A stretch of 64,000 nt of DNA from an uncultured delta proteobacterium (GCA_963804165.1 CAWDPO010000025.1:1-64000); one strand, 5' to 3'; positions 30,531 through 41,007 are shown, counted from the stretch's first letter. Program-made: numbers and translations. Notes: generated from the letters alone by a model not told the origin.

Positions 30531-31553
30531 ATGACAAGCATATTCCAGATACAGCCACGGTATTCTTATTTCGGGGTTTCTTCTTGAGTTCTACTCATTC
30601 TGCTTTGCGGTTTCGTCGCCGGTTCTCATGCTCAAGAGAAATATCCGAACCGTCCGATTACGATTGTCGCTCCGTTCCCGCCCGGCGGCGTCGCGGATCT
30701 TATGGCGCGGCCGGTCGCGGCGGCGCTGGAAAAGGTTCTAAAAAATCCGGTGGTGGTTGCGAACAAGACCGGAGCGGCGGGCGCGGTAGGAATGTCTTTC
30801 GTCGCCAACAGCAAGCCGGACGGCTACAACCTCCTGATGGCGCTCTCCAGCATCTCGATCATTCCCGAAGCGGACAAGCTTTTCGACCGCAAACCCGCCT
30901 ACACGATGGATCAACTCGTTCCCATCGCCTTGATCTCTGCTGACCCGACGATCTTTGTCGTCAGCGCCGATCGTCCTTGGAAAAGCGTAAAAGAGTTTGT
31001 CGATGACGCCAAGAAACGCCCGGGGCAGATCTCGTATTCTTCTTCCGGCGTGTACGGGACTTTGCACATGGCAATGGAGATGCTCTCCCACGCCGGCGGA
31101 ATCAGCTTGAAGCACGTTCCATACGGGGGGGCGGGGCCGGCCCTCACGGCAATCCTCGGCGGTCATGTGGACACACTCGCCTCGGGACCCGCGGTAGTGA
31201 TCCCGCATATCAAGGCGGGCAAGCTGCGACCTCTCGCTGGTTGGGGCGCTAAACGGGTTCAGTCTCTTCCTGACGTCGCGACTTTCAAAGAGCTGGGATA
31301 CGATATCGAATTTTATATCTGGGCCGGCCTCTTCGCGCCGCGCGGGACACCGGAGCCGGTAATGAAAAACATCCGCGAGTCGGTGCGCCAGGCGGTGAAT
31401 ACGACTGAGTTCAAAGCAGCGATGGAAAAGCTTCAGACTCCGATCGCATATCTTGACGCGCCCGAATTCCAGAAATTCTGGGACAAAGACGCCAAGATGC
31501 TCGCCGACGCGATCAAGCGTGTGGGGAAGGTGGAGATACCGGAAGCAAAATAA
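30531..31553 (+). CDS. tctC: Tripartite tricarboxylate transporter substrate-binding protein TctC/Bug (in-frame TGA at 30585 within the signal region)
   Basis: AQEKYPNRPITIVAPFPPGGVADLMAR, KPDGY, HVPYGGAGPA; ATG at 30531 preceded by GGAGG. Confidence 0.9.
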
Positions 31554-31595
31554 GTGAGGAGTAAGGAGCGAGGAGTAAGCGCAGAGGGGACGCGA

Positions 31596-32609
31596 ATGAA
31601 ACCTACTTTGAGATGCGCGAAGGTTCTGCTCGCGGTTTGGTTCATAGCGGCGGCCCTGGTGGATTCAGTTCTTGTTCATGGAGCTGCGCCGAAAACCCAG
31701 CTGCGCGTCGCATACAGCTCGATTTCCGGATCCGCGATTGTGCCGTTCATCGCTCTCGACAAGGGGCTATTCGCCAAATACGACCTCGACGTCGAGCTAA
31801 TCTACGTGGCCGGCTCTCAGGCGATGCAGTCTCTGCTCAGCGGCACGACACCGATCGGCATCCAGGGGATCGAGCCGGTCTTTCGAGTTAACGCGCAGGG
31901 CGGCGACACGGTCATGATCTTGGGATTGGTGACCAAGCCGCCGTTTTCGATCATCGCGCGTCCGGAAATCAAAGACTACCGCGAGCTCAAAGGCAAGCCG
32001 ATGGGAGTGACTCGTTACGGCTCGTCTACTGATTTGCTCCTGCGGCTTACGCTGGACAAGTGGGGCCTCAAGCCGGAGACGGATGTTCCCATTTTACAAA
32101 TGGGAGGCGTGCCGCCGATCTTGGCGGGAATGCAATCGAAAAAAATCTTCGCCGGACCGCTTTCATTGCCGACACTGGCAAGGGCGAAGCAGGAAGGTTT
32201 TCGCGAGCTGGCGGACATTGCCGATTTGGTTCCGGAGTATCAGGTCGCAGGAGTCGTCACACGGCGCGCCTTTATCAAGCAGAACATGGAGGCAGCTCGC
32301 GGGTTCATTAAAGCGATCGCGGAGGCCACGGCCGTGTTCAAATCCGATCCCGGTTCTGTGAAGAAGGTCATGAGAGAACGGCTCAAGATCGATGACCCGG
32401 CGGTCGTCGAAGAAACACAGAAAAATTATCCGCGCTACATGCCGAGCATTCCATACCCGAGTCGCGCCGGCATCGCCGTTATCAAAGCATTCTTGGAGAA
32501 GACCGAGCCGGCGCTGCAAAAGCTGTCCATCGACGATCAGATCGACGTGCAGCTGGTGCGAGAGCTCGAGCAGAGCGGATTCTTTAGCGGTCTGCAGCGC
32601 GTCAAGTGA
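31596..32609 (+). CDS. ABC-type substrate-binding protein, NMT1/THI5-like
   Basis: GLFAKYDLDVEL, ELKGKPMGVTRYGSSTD, ELEQSGFF. Confidence 0.88.
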   Translation: MKPTLRCAKVLLAVWFIAAALVDSVLVHGAAPKTQLRVAYSSISGSAIVPFIALDKGLFAKYDLDVELIYVAGSQAMQSLLSGTTPIGIQGIEPVFRVNAQGGDTVMILGLVTKPPFSIIARPEIKDYRELKGKPMGVTRYGSSTDLLLRLTLDKWGLKPETDVPILQMGGVPPILAGMQSKKIFAGPLSLPTLARAKQEGFRELADIADLVPEYQVAGVVTRRAFIKQNMEAARGFIKAIAEATAVFKSDPGSVKKVMRERLKIDDPAVVEETQKNYPRYMPSIPYPSRAGIAVIKAFLEKTEPALQKLSIDDQIDVQLVRELEQSGFFSGLQRVK

Positions 32610-32885
32610 GAGTGAAAAGAATTGGAATGTAGGAGTGTTGGGTGGTCGGATAAAGCAGGACTCCAATATTCCATCATCCAATTATTTGGTGTCGAACAAA
32701 TGGGTATCGGTAAAAAGCGCTTCCACCCATCTTACGAGAAATTCTCCTCCCTCGCCCACGAAGTGGGAGAGGGCTGGGGTGAGGGTCCCTCCAGGAGGGA
32801 GAGGAAATTAAGATAAAAGCAAAAGAGCCTAGTCCGGTTCGCTTACGCTCAGGGTGACTCGTTCCCCACTGGGCTTCGGAGCGAG

Positions 32886-33833
32886 TCAGTTGCCCACCGG
32901 CGCGAACAAATCGCTGAGCGGCGGACGAGAGGGGATGTAGCCTTGTTCGTTGGCGTATTGAACGAACTTTTCCAAGACGACTTGATTTTCCGGCGTGAGT
33001 CCATGGCCCCATGGGTTGTTGCCGAAGAGTTCTTCCTCTTCCTCTAGAATCAAAACCGCCGATGGAAAAGCCGAACGTTTGGCGTAGTCGTACGACTTCC
33101 GGCAACGTTCCTCGGCTTCGGTGAATGCGTTCACCAGACTCGATACCAGCCAGGGATTCCCATCGAAAAGCGATTGACGCACGACTAGCGTATGCGTGAT
33201 CGGAAAGATTTTTGTCTTATGGAAATATTCGTTGACCGTGGCTCTTGCGTCTTTGAAGACGCGGCGGATGCGCGGATCTTTGGCGCGAAACGATGGCACG
33301 ATATTCGGCGGAATGAGCGCGTCGATCTCGCCGCGCAATAATAGCGCTTCGGTGGGCTCGTTCGCGACCGTCACACTGACATTCGCGGGTATCTGATATC
33401 CGGCGCGTTCGGGGTCGGAAGTAAACCATTCGCAGTCCTCTGGCCTGACGCCATAATGCTCTTGGAGAATGCCTCTCGCCCAAAGTCCGACGGTCAGTCG
33501 ATACTCGTCCATGCCGATTTTCTTGCCTTTGAGATCTTCGGGGCGGTCGATGCCCGACGCGGCGGAGCAAAAGATATAAGGGTGAATCTGCATGCGCAGC
33601 GGAAAGATCGGCAGGGCGATGACCGGTTCGTTTCGGCAGCGCGCCATCATGTACCACGAGAGCGACATCTCGGCGATATCGAACTCCTCATAAACCGGCC
33701 GCAGGCACGCTTCGCCGGTCTCGGCGCGGCGCGGTTGCAATTTGATCCCCTCGGCAGTGATTTCGCCGCTCAGCAATGGGCGGGTTCGATGGTAATCCGC
33801 GAGCATAAGGGTTAATTCGAGATCATGTGCCAT
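32886..33833 (-). CDS. 4,5-dihydroxyphthalate decarboxylase (Pht5/OphC)-like protein
   Basis: DYHRTRPLLSG, FDIAEMSLS, ALPIFP, DLKGKKIG, TVGLWARGIL, FPITH, YANEQG. Confidence 0.8.
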   Translation of the reverse strand: MAHDLELTLMLADYHRTRPLLSGEITAEGIKLQPRRAETGEACLRPVYEEFDIAEMSLSWYMMARCRNEPVIALPIFPLRMQIHPYIFCSAASGIDRPEDLKGKKIGMDEYRLTVGLWARGILQEHYGVRPEDCEWFTSDPERAGYQIPANVSVTVANEPTEALLLRGEIDALIPPNIVPSFRAKDPRIRRVFKDARATVNEYFHKTKIFPITHTLVVRQSLFDGNPWLVSSLVNAFTEAEERCRKSYDYAKRSAFPSAVLILEEEEELFGNNPWGHGLTPENQVVLEKFVQYANEQGYIPSRPPLSDLFAPVGN

Positions 33834-33870
33834 GGTTGCTCCTTAAGAGTTGTCGCGGGGTGCTCTGTTG

Positions 33871-33956
33871 TTGGAGTGATGGAGTAATGGAGTGTTGCGG
33901 AGAATCAGGGAGCGAGGACCCAATACTCCAGTACTCCACTACTCCGATGACTCCAA
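33871..33956. repeat. Octamer-based (TGGAGTRR)n/(ACTCCA)n inverted-repeat hairpin
   Basis: ttggagtgatggagtaatggagtgttg...caatactccagtactccactactccgatgactccaa; second copy at 41008-41076, degenerate copy at 32621-32680. Confidence 0.75.
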
Positions 33957-33965
33957 TTTATCCTT

Positions 33966-34922
33966 TCACCGTCCCTGTCCAGTAGCTTTCATTAAGAATT
34001 GCCGGGTGAAAAATTTGTCGGGTCCGCCGAGTTTTTTCGACTCGGCCTCGATCTTCGTCGCGGCGATGAGCGCGTCGATGTCTTCCCGGGATATCGAAGT
34101 CGAGTAAACGCCGGCAAATTGGTTGATTACCTGCCGCACGGTCGCCGGATCGCCGAATTTGTTCTTTTTAATAACGCTCTCGGCAACTTTATCCGGGCTT
34201 TTTTTGAGGAAATCAAGGCCGCGGTTGATGGCGCGAAGTGTCGCGACGATCCCTTCGGGATCGGTTTCCAGCTTCTGTTTGCCTGTCGCAATGACCACGA
34301 AGGGAAATCCGGGTATGACGCTGCCGATGTCGAATAGGGTCGAGAAGCCCTTCCTTTCCAGCGCCAGTCTTTCCAAAAAAGAAAACGGCGAGGCATGAAT
34401 TTTTCCCGTTTCCAAAGCTTGGGCACGGGACGGACTGTTGCCGACGCCGTAAAGAATCTTGTAATCGCGGTCGCGCACCAAGCCTTTTCTGGTCAAGCCT
34501 TCGACAGCGGCGAATTCCGCCACGCCGCCGGGGCCGGTGACGCCAACGACTTTGCCTTTGAGATCGTTGACGCTGGCGATTCCTTTGGCGCCGATGAGCG
34601 TGTAATCCATGTAAGGCTGAATTCCACTGATGATGAGCATGGGCGCATTTTGCGCGATCGCACGAACCGCGGCGACGCCCGCGACCAAAGTGTAATCCAC
34701 GCCGCCTCCGACCAGGGCCGCCATGGCGGTTGGCCCACCTGTGATAAGAACCGTTCTTACGTCCAAACCTTCGGCCGCAAAAAAGCCAAAGTCCTGCGCG
34801 ACGACCAGCGGCAAGGTTCCGCTCAACGTCGGCGTATTGGAAGCGAAGTTGACGGACTTCGTGGCGGCTCCAGAGACTCGAGTAAAGATAAGAATAATGA
34901 GAACGATGGAAAGGCGCAGCAT
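33966..34922 (-). CDS. ABC-type substrate-binding protein, NMT1/THI5-like
   Basis: Signal peptide, GFFAAEGLDV, ALVGGGVD, DLKGKVVGV. Confidence 0.88.
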   Translation of the reverse strand: MLRLSIVLIILIFTRVSGAATKSVNFASNTPTLSGTLPLVVAQDFGFFAAEGLDVRTVLITGGPTAMAALVGGGVDYTLVAGVAAVRAIAQNAPMLIISGIQPYMDYTLIGAKGIASVNDLKGKVVGVTGPGGVAEFAAVEGLTRKGLVRDRDYKILYGVGNSPSRAQALETGKIHASPFSFLERLALERKGFSTLFDIGSVIPGFPFVVIATGKQKLETDPEGIVATLRAINRGLDFLKKSPDKVAESVIKKNKFGDPATVRQVINQFAGVYSTSISREDIDALIAATKIEAESKKLGGPDKFFTRQFLMKATGQGR

Positions 34923-35041
34923 GAGTTTGCTGCATATCCTTGAAATCCGCAGAGGTCAAGCCGGCCGAACAAAACCATATACGTGTTGACGGTCTAAATT
35001 GCGTTCGGTTAAGATTCCCCGAAAGGAATACTGTCGTGGTG

Positions 35042-35440
35042 ATGGAAAATAGCAAACCGGTGTCGAGGCCGGAAGTGATCGTTGATTTCGCCGTCGATGA
35101 AGGAATACTCAGCGTGTGTTCAAAAAATATCGGCGACCGGAGCGCCTATCGGGTGCGGACCGTTTTTGACAAGCCCTTCTATGGTTTGGATGGTGCTAAA
35201 TGCATTTCTCGCATGCGGGTGTTTCGTGAAGTCGCGTTCATGCCGCCGGGAAAAGAGTTTTGCCAATTTGTGGATATGTTGGGACCCTACGCAAAGAGAA
35301 AGGAACCGATGCAGCTTAAGGCGACGGTTTCGTATCGCGACCGAGCGGGAAATCGGTATGAGGACGTGATGGCGCATGATTTAAGAATTTGTCTCGACTT
35401 AGGTCAGGCTAGACTAACATCGGCGAGAGCAGGAGGGTAA
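35042..35440 (+). CDS. Hypothetical beta-rich protein adjacent to the tail-tube gene
   Basis: RPEVIVDF...KNIGDRSAYRV...VSYRDRAGNRY; stop lies 2 bp before the tube gene ATG. Confidence 0.6.
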   Translation: MENSKPVSRPEVIVDFAVDEGILSVCSKNIGDRSAYRVRTVFDKPFYGLDGAKCISRMRVFREVAFMPPGKEFCQFVDMLGPYAKRKEPMQLKATVSYRDRAGNRYEDVMAHDLRICLDLGQARLTSARAGG

Positions 35441-35442
35441 TC

Positions 35443-35883
35443 ATGGCGGGACCCAATCGCAACGATCCGTACAAGGCGTTTAATTTCGTGGTGGAAATCG
35501 ACGGCATACAAGCCGCCGGCTTTACCGAGTGTGCTGGGTTGTCCACGGAAACAGACGTCATCGAATACCGCGAGGGAAGTGAACGCGGAGGAATTCGAAA
35601 AATTCCCGGACTGACGAAATTCACCAACATAACTCTGAAGCGCGGACTCACAAGGAGTCGGGATTTGTGGAATTGGCGCAACGTCATTATCGACGGTGGC
35701 GTGGATCGAAGATCGGGAATCATCGTCGTGTTAGGTGACAATCACGCGCCGGTTGCGCGCTTTCAATTTCGCGAGGGCTGGCCGTCGAAATGGGAAGGTC
35801 CCAAGTTCAACGCGAGATCCAATGAAGTCGCGATCGAAACTTTAGAGATCGCGCACGAAGGACTGGAGGTCGTGCTTGATTAG
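35443..35883 (+). CDS. Phage tail tube protein, T4 gp19-like (eCIS Afp1/Afp5 type)
   Basis: DPYKAFNFVVEIDG, GFTECAGL, IEYREG, RKIPGLTKFTNITLKRG, WPSKWEGP, AIETLEIAHEG; AGGAGG RBS. Confidence 0.92.
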   Translation: MAGPNRNDPYKAFNFVVEIDGIQAAGFTECAGLSTETDVIEYREGSERGGIRKIPGLTKFTNITLKRGLTRSRDLWNWRNVIIDGGVDRRSGIIVVLGDNHAPVARFQFREGWPSKWEGPKFNARSNEVAIETLEIAHEGLEVVLD

Positions 35884-35988
35884 ACTTTAACGGCTGAACG
35901 AATCTCAGCCCAGCAACTTCTCGGTTACAGAGTCAGTGTTTAATCGTCCAATATTCTATTCCAGCACTCCAAGATACAAGTTTCTTTT

Positions 35989-37002
35989 TTACAGGCCCAG
36001 GGTGCTTTCGGCAAACAGCTCCTCGACCTTGGGTTTTTTCGTGATCAAGCCTTGCTCGTGCGAAAAATCGATGAGCGTTTCGAGCATCTTACGGTTCGCT
36101 TTGACGCCATAGGGATAGGGGTCGTTGCCAAATATCTCTTGGGTCATCGTCAAATACTCTTTGCCGAAAAAGAGTCCGGACGGAATGCTGTCCACCAATT
36201 TGGCGTTGAAGTCCACCTTGGCTTTCACGAAAGCAGTATAGAGATTGAACGCCACCCACGGATATTTTTTATAAATATCGCCGCGAATCGTGTAGGCGTG
36301 ATTGACCGGCAGAAAGCCCCATTTCTGAAAAAACCGTTTACCTTCGGCCATGCGATCGGGAAAGAGGCGTTTGACCTTGCTCCAGTCGCCATCGGCGCCG
36401 GGAATCCGGTGCGAGCGCCCGATGACGTTCGGCGTATTCTGCCAGGGACTGTTGATGGCGGCGGCATCCAATTCATTGCTGACCAGCATGGATGCCATGC
36501 TTTTCTCCGGCGGGATCCTCTGGAAGGAAATTCCGTGCGGCGGAGTGAATCCCGTCACGCTGCCATGGCTCAACTCCTCCGTGCGCTCCATGTACCAGTG
36601 GATCTTATACTGTGAAACGCCGAAATCGTGCTCCAAAATACCGCGCTGCCAGAGCGCCGCGGTTTGCTGATATTCGCCGACAGCGAGGCGTTTGCCGCCG
36701 AGATCCTCCGGCTTCTTGATGCCCGATTCGGTGTTATAGGACAGCTCGGTATGAAAGAGCCGTCGGCTCGGAAATACCGGCAAAGCGATCATATCGAAAC
36801 CGCGCTCGCGCGCGATCAGATAGGACGACATCGACATCTCGCCGACTTCGAATTCCTGAAACTTGAGCTGGCGCCAGAACGTTTCAGGCGGAGGCGAGTA
36901 GGTCGGAACGATCTCGATGCCTTCTGGTTGCACGCCGCCTTTCATCAAGGGTTCGACCCGCTCGTTGAAAGCGGAAATGAAACTCAGTCTAAGCTTGGGC
37001 AT
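35989..37002 (-). CDS. 4,5-dihydroxyphthalate decarboxylase-like protein (paralog)
   Basis: FEVGEMSMSSY, ALPVFPSR, YQQTAALWQRGIL, PVNH, PYPYG, SHEQGL. Confidence 0.8.
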   Translation of the reverse strand: MPKLRLSFISAFNERVEPLMKGGVQPEGIEIVPTYSPPPETFWRQLKFQEFEVGEMSMSSYLIARERGFDMIALPVFPSRRLFHTELSYNTESGIKKPEDLGGKRLAVGEYQQTAALWQRGILEHDFGVSQYKIHWYMERTEELSHGSVTGFTPPHGISFQRIPPEKSMASMLVSNELDAAAINSPWQNTPNVIGRSHRIPGADGDWSKVKRLFPDRMAEGKRFFQKWGFLPVNHAYTIRGDIYKKYPWVAFNLYTAFVKAKVDFNAKLVDSIPSGLFFGKEYLTMTQEIFGNDPYPYGVKANRKMLETLIDFSHEQGLITKKPKVEELFAESTLGL

Positions 37003-37075
37003 TTTCTGATACTCCTTCGATTTCATTCTCCGTGGAGCGGTTCCAATCGCCGCCCGAGAGCGTAACGGCTCGCAG

Positions 37076-38089
37076 TCATGTGTCGAGTAGGTCGTTCGCA
37101 AATAATTCTTCGATATTCATCTTGCGCGGAGTAAGGCCTTGCTCGCGGGAGTATTCGGCGATCGTGTCGAGCATCGCTTTATTGGCTTTGATGCCGTACG
37201 GAAACGGCTCATCGCCCAAAATATCCCGCGTCATCGCAAGATACTCCTGGCCGAAAACAAGCGCCGCGGGGATGCGCTCCAAAATAGTTTCTGTCGCGTG
37301 CGCTTTGGCGGCGACGAAAGCCTCGTATAGTTTCACGGCCAATCCCGGGTTGGCGCGATGCACGTCGCCGCGAATGATATAGGTGTGATTGACAGGGACA
37401 AAACCGTGCTTGGCGACGAATCGTCTGGCTTCGCCGATCTCGTCGGGAAACAGTCGCCTGACCTTCGACCAGTCGCCCTCGCTGCCGCGAATATGCGTGG
37501 AGCGATCGATGACGTTTACCGCCCGCGACAAATGCCCGCCGATGGGCGCAACGTCGATCTCGTTACTCACCAACATGGTCGCCATGCTTTTTTCCGGCGG
37601 GATACGATGAAACGATATTCCCGGCGGGGGCGAAAAACCGGTGGCGCCGCCGTGGCTGAGCTCGTCGGTACGCTCCATGTACCAGTGGACTTTGTATTGC
37701 GAGACGCCGAAGTCATGGTCCAATATGCCGCGCGCCCAAAGCGCCGCGGTCTGCTGGTATTCGCCGACGCCGATGCGTTTGCCGACAATGTCGCTTGGTT
37801 CTTTAATCCCGGAGTCGACATGGTAAGACTGCTCGGCGTGAAAGAAACGCCGGCTCGGAAACACCGGCAGGGCGATCATGTCGACGCCGCGCGAGCGCGC
37901 GATCAAATACGATGACATCGACATCTCGGCGACTTCGAATTCCTGAAACTTGAGCTGGCGCCAGAACGTTTCCGAGGGATGGGAATAGGTTGGGATGATT
38001 TCGATGCCTTCGGCTTTGATCGTTCCGTTCATGAGCGGCTCGACCCGCTCATTGAAATTGGAGATGAAACTGAGAGCTAGAGGTATCAT
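37076..38089 (-). CDS. 4,5-dihydroxyphthalate decarboxylase-like protein (paralog)
   Basis: Same motifs: AEMSMSSY, ALPVFPSRRF, YQQTAALWARGIL, PFPYG, SREQGL. Confidence 0.8.
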   Translation of the reverse strand: MIPLALSFISNFNERVEPLMNGTIKAEGIEIIPTYSHPSETFWRQLKFQEFEVAEMSMSSYLIARSRGVDMIALPVFPSRRFFHAEQSYHVDSGIKEPSDIVGKRIGVGEYQQTAALWARGILDHDFGVSQYKVHWYMERTDELSHGGATGFSPPPGISFHRIPPEKSMATMLVSNEIDVAPIGGHLSRAVNVIDRSTHIRGSEGDWSKVRRLFPDEIGEARRFVAKHGFVPVNHTYIIRGDVHRANPGLAVKLYEAFVAAKAHATETILERIPAALVFGQEYLAMTRDILGDEPFPYGIKANKAMLDTIAEYSREQGLTPRKMNIEELFANDLLDT

Positions 38090-38127
38090 GTGAGTGTTAT
38101 GCCCCAATAGTTGGTCCAATCGTCTAT

Positions 38128-39150
38128 TCAGCGCAGCTTGAAGATGCTGTTGTATAGTTTTACCAGCCCTTCGAAATCTTTGTAGTCTTCGGGGCTTTCT
38201 ACGACGCGTTTGTATCCTCGAAAAAGTCTCGGCGGATCGGGCTCGACATCCTTGCGCACCGGGATGCGCTGCATGCCCCTGAGCATCTCCTGGCCTTCTT
38301 TGGACAGGCTGAAGTCATAGTAAAGCCGCGCCGCGTTAGGATGGGGCGCCTTGGCGGCGATCATGATTGGAAACGCCGAAACCACCGCCGGCTCGAGAGC
38401 AAGCCAATCCATCGGTGCGCCTCGGGCGACCATTCGCTCGAAGGTCTGGTTGTAAGAGATCGTCAGCGGATATTCGCCCGCCGCCGCGAGGGCGACGCGC
38501 TCGGTGTTGCCGCGCTTCATTGAGGGCTCGATGGCGGCGATCCGCCGAAAGTAAGCGATCGCCTTTTCCCGTCCCCAGGCGCGCATCAATCCTTGCAGCA
38601 TGCCGTAAGCTTCATTGTCGAACGACAACTGGCCGCCCTTCCATTTAGGATCGACGAGCGCTTCGTAGGTTCGTGGCACGTCTTCGCGCTTGACTAATTT
38701 GGTGTGCCAGCCGAGCACGTAGGAGATGACGTAATACGCCGTCCAGTAGCCTTCCTTATCGACAAGGTCGTCGTCGATCATCTTCGTTTCCGGCGAACGA
38801 TACGAGGCGAGCAGCTTGCGCTCGAGCAACGGCACGACCATTTCGGCTCGGCCTGCGGTGACGTCCCAAAGATTCTGCCCGGCGCGCGCCTCCGTGAAGA
38901 TCTTGTTCAAGAGCGGGCCGCCGCCGGTGCGGAAGAGCGTCGGTTTGATGAATGGGTATTTTTTTTGAAAGCGGTCGATGACTTGTTTGCTCTGATCCAA
39001 AGTCATGGTGGTGTAGAAGACCATCTCGCCTTCTTTTTTCGCGCCCTCGATCACTTTCGGGTCGGGGCTCTGCGCGCCGGCGCGGAGAGCGCCTGTAAGG
39101 AGAAGACACAGAGCGCCTGTCAGGAGAACGCTGAGCTTCGCTGATGTCAT
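38128..39150 (-). CDS. Extracellular solute-binding protein, Fe3+/thiamine (AfuA-like) family
   Basis: GAKKEGEMVFYT, TEARAG, APHPNAARLYYDFSLSKEGQ. Confidence 0.85.
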   Translation of the reverse strand: MTSAKLSVLLTGALCLLLTGALRAGAQSPDPKVIEGAKKEGEMVFYTTMTLDQSKQVIDRFQKKYPFIKPTLFRTGGGPLLNKIFTEARAGQNLWDVTAGRAEMVVPLLERKLLASYRSPETKMIDDDLVDKEGYWTAYYVISYVLGWHTKLVKREDVPRTYEALVDPKWKGGQLSFDNEAYGMLQGLMRAWGREKAIAYFRRIAAIEPSMKRGNTERVALAAAGEYPLTISYNQTFERMVARGAPMDWLALEPAVVSAFPIMIAAKAPHPNAARLYYDFSLSKEGQEMLRGMQRIPVRKDVEPDPPRLFRGYKRVVESPEDYKDFEGLVKLYNSIFKLR

Positions 39151-39191
39151 ATTTTCCTCCTTCAGCGATGCGATGTCTTATCAAAGAGAAA

Positions 39192-40203
39192 TCATAGGCC
39201 GAGGGTGCTTTCGGCGAACAGTTCCTCGACTGCCATTTTTTTTGGGCGTGAGCCCCTGCTCGTGCGAAAAGTTGATAATCATGTCCAGCATCGTTCGGTT
39301 GGCCTTGATGCCGAAGGGAAAGGGATCGGCGCCGATCATGTCGCGAGTCATCGCGGCATACTCCGGGCCGAAGAAAAGCGCGGACGGAATGCGCTCGGCC
39401 ATCTTCTCTTGCGCCAGCGCCTTGGCTTTGACAAAACCGTTATAAAGATTGAACGCGACCCAGGGATATTTTTTATAAATGTCGCCGCGGATGATGTACG
39501 CGTGATTCACAGGGAGAAAGCCGTGTTTCTTGTAGAAGCGCGCGCCTTCGGCGATGCGGTCGGGAAAAAGCGGCCCTATCTTACTCCAATCTCCTTTTCC
39601 CGTGATCCGGCTTGAACGATCCAGCGTGTTCGCCTGAAGCACGAACGGGCTGGCGACGTGGGCGACGTCCAATTCATTGTCGAGCAGAGTCGAAACCAAG
39701 CTCTGGTTGGGCGCGATGCGATTGAACGAAATCCCAGCCGGCGGCTTGAAACCGGTGGCGCTGCCGTGGCTCATCTCTTCACTACGTTCCATGTACCAGT
39801 GGATTTTGTATTGCGAGACGCCGAAGTCGTGTTCGAGGATACCGCGTATCCAGAGCGCGGCAGTCTGTTGGTATTCTGCCACGCCTAATTTTTTTCCTGC
39901 GAGATCTTCCGGCTTGGTGATGCCGGAATCGACGTGATACGACAGCTCTGTCTGAAATAGCCGCCGGCTCGGAAAGACCGGCAAGGCGATCATGTCGGCG
40001 CCTTGGGACTTGGCAATCAAGAAAGACGACATCGACATCTCCGCCACTTCGAACTCGCCGAACTTGAGCTGGCGCCAGAAAGTTTCGGCCGGATGGGAGT
40101 AGGTGGGAATCAACTCGATCCCTTCCGCCTGGACAGTGCCGTTCATCAACGGTTCGACGCGCTCGTTGAATGCGGAGATGAATCCTAGAGTGAGTTTCGG
40201 CAT
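39192..40203 (-). CDS. 4,5-dihydroxyphthalate decarboxylase-like protein (paralog; homopolymer frameshift near 39240)
   Basis: Same motifs; the alternate frame restores ...AVEELFAESTLGL-stop, ending at 39192, as in the 35989 paralog. Confidence 0.8.
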
Positions 40204-40288
40204 GGATCACAATTGTGAGGTAGACGACCTGGGAGTCGTGATTCAAGGGCTCCTATAACGCCCAGTTTGCCGCCGAGTTTGCTCGTGC

Positions 40289-40975
40289 TTACTTGTCATA
40301 GCCCTCGATGGACCAGATATCGTAGAGCAGTTCCATGCGCCGAAAAGTCGCTTTGTACGTCTGCTCCTGCAGGGATGGCGAGTGGAGATAGCGGACCGCG
40401 ATTTCTTCGGCGAGGCTGCTGTGGTCCTCATCCGCTTCCGAATGAACGGTGAAGAAACGCACATCATCCGGCTTCATATTGTAGTTCTTCAGCAAGCCGT
40501 TGCCGATCGCCGCCGCCGCCGGTCCAAACGTTCCTTCGGCGCCGATCTGGATCGACATGACGACGAACCAGGGCAGCGTGTGGATGATCAACTCGACGTA
40601 ATAGAGATGCGCCGCAGTGGACGGGCGCAGCTCGGCGTTTTCCAATTGCTTCTGGGTTAGGCCGATGGAGTTGGCGAATCGGATCGCTAACTCATTGTGC
40701 CCGGCGGTGCCGGTGTCCAAGCCGCGGGTTTCTTCCTCGACGACGCCCCAAAGTTTTTTCGCGATCTCCGGATCAGTGCACGCCAAATAACGCAGCATAC
40801 AGATGCGCGGCACCGCGGCGCGAAACTGGTAGTCTTGAATCGCCCAGGCGCGAATCTGATCCATGGTTGCGCTGCCGTTGCATACCGCCTTAAGAAACGG
40901 ATGCTTGATGCGGATCTTTGGAAACGCTTGGATGTCTTTTTTCAATTGATCGACGAATTCTTTAGACGTGGCCAT
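40289..40975 (-). CDS. TenA/PqqC/CADD-like heme-oxygenase-fold iron-containing redox enzyme
   Basis: HPF, WAIQDY, EEE...H, GAEG, FFTVHSEADEDH (CADD-type HxxxDxxH). Confidence 0.8.
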   Translation of the reverse strand: MATSKEFVDQLKKDIQAFPKIRIKHPFLKAVCNGSATMDQIRAWAIQDYQFRAAVPRICMLRYLACTDPEIAKKLWGVVEEETRGLDTGTAGHNELAIRFANSIGLTQKQLENAELRPSTAAHLYYVELIIHTLPWFVVMSIQIGAEGTFGPAAAAIGNGLLKNYNMKPDDVRFFTVHSEADEDHSSLAEEIAVRYLHSPSLQEQTYKATFRRMELLYDIWSIEGYDK

Positions 40976-41007
40976 CTGGGTTCCTCCTCAAAGCGTGAAT
41001 TTCGTGA

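Noticed and set aside
35042-35883. Prophage
   Set aside because: No capsid, terminase, integrase or other phage genes, and the tube sequence is of the eCIS type
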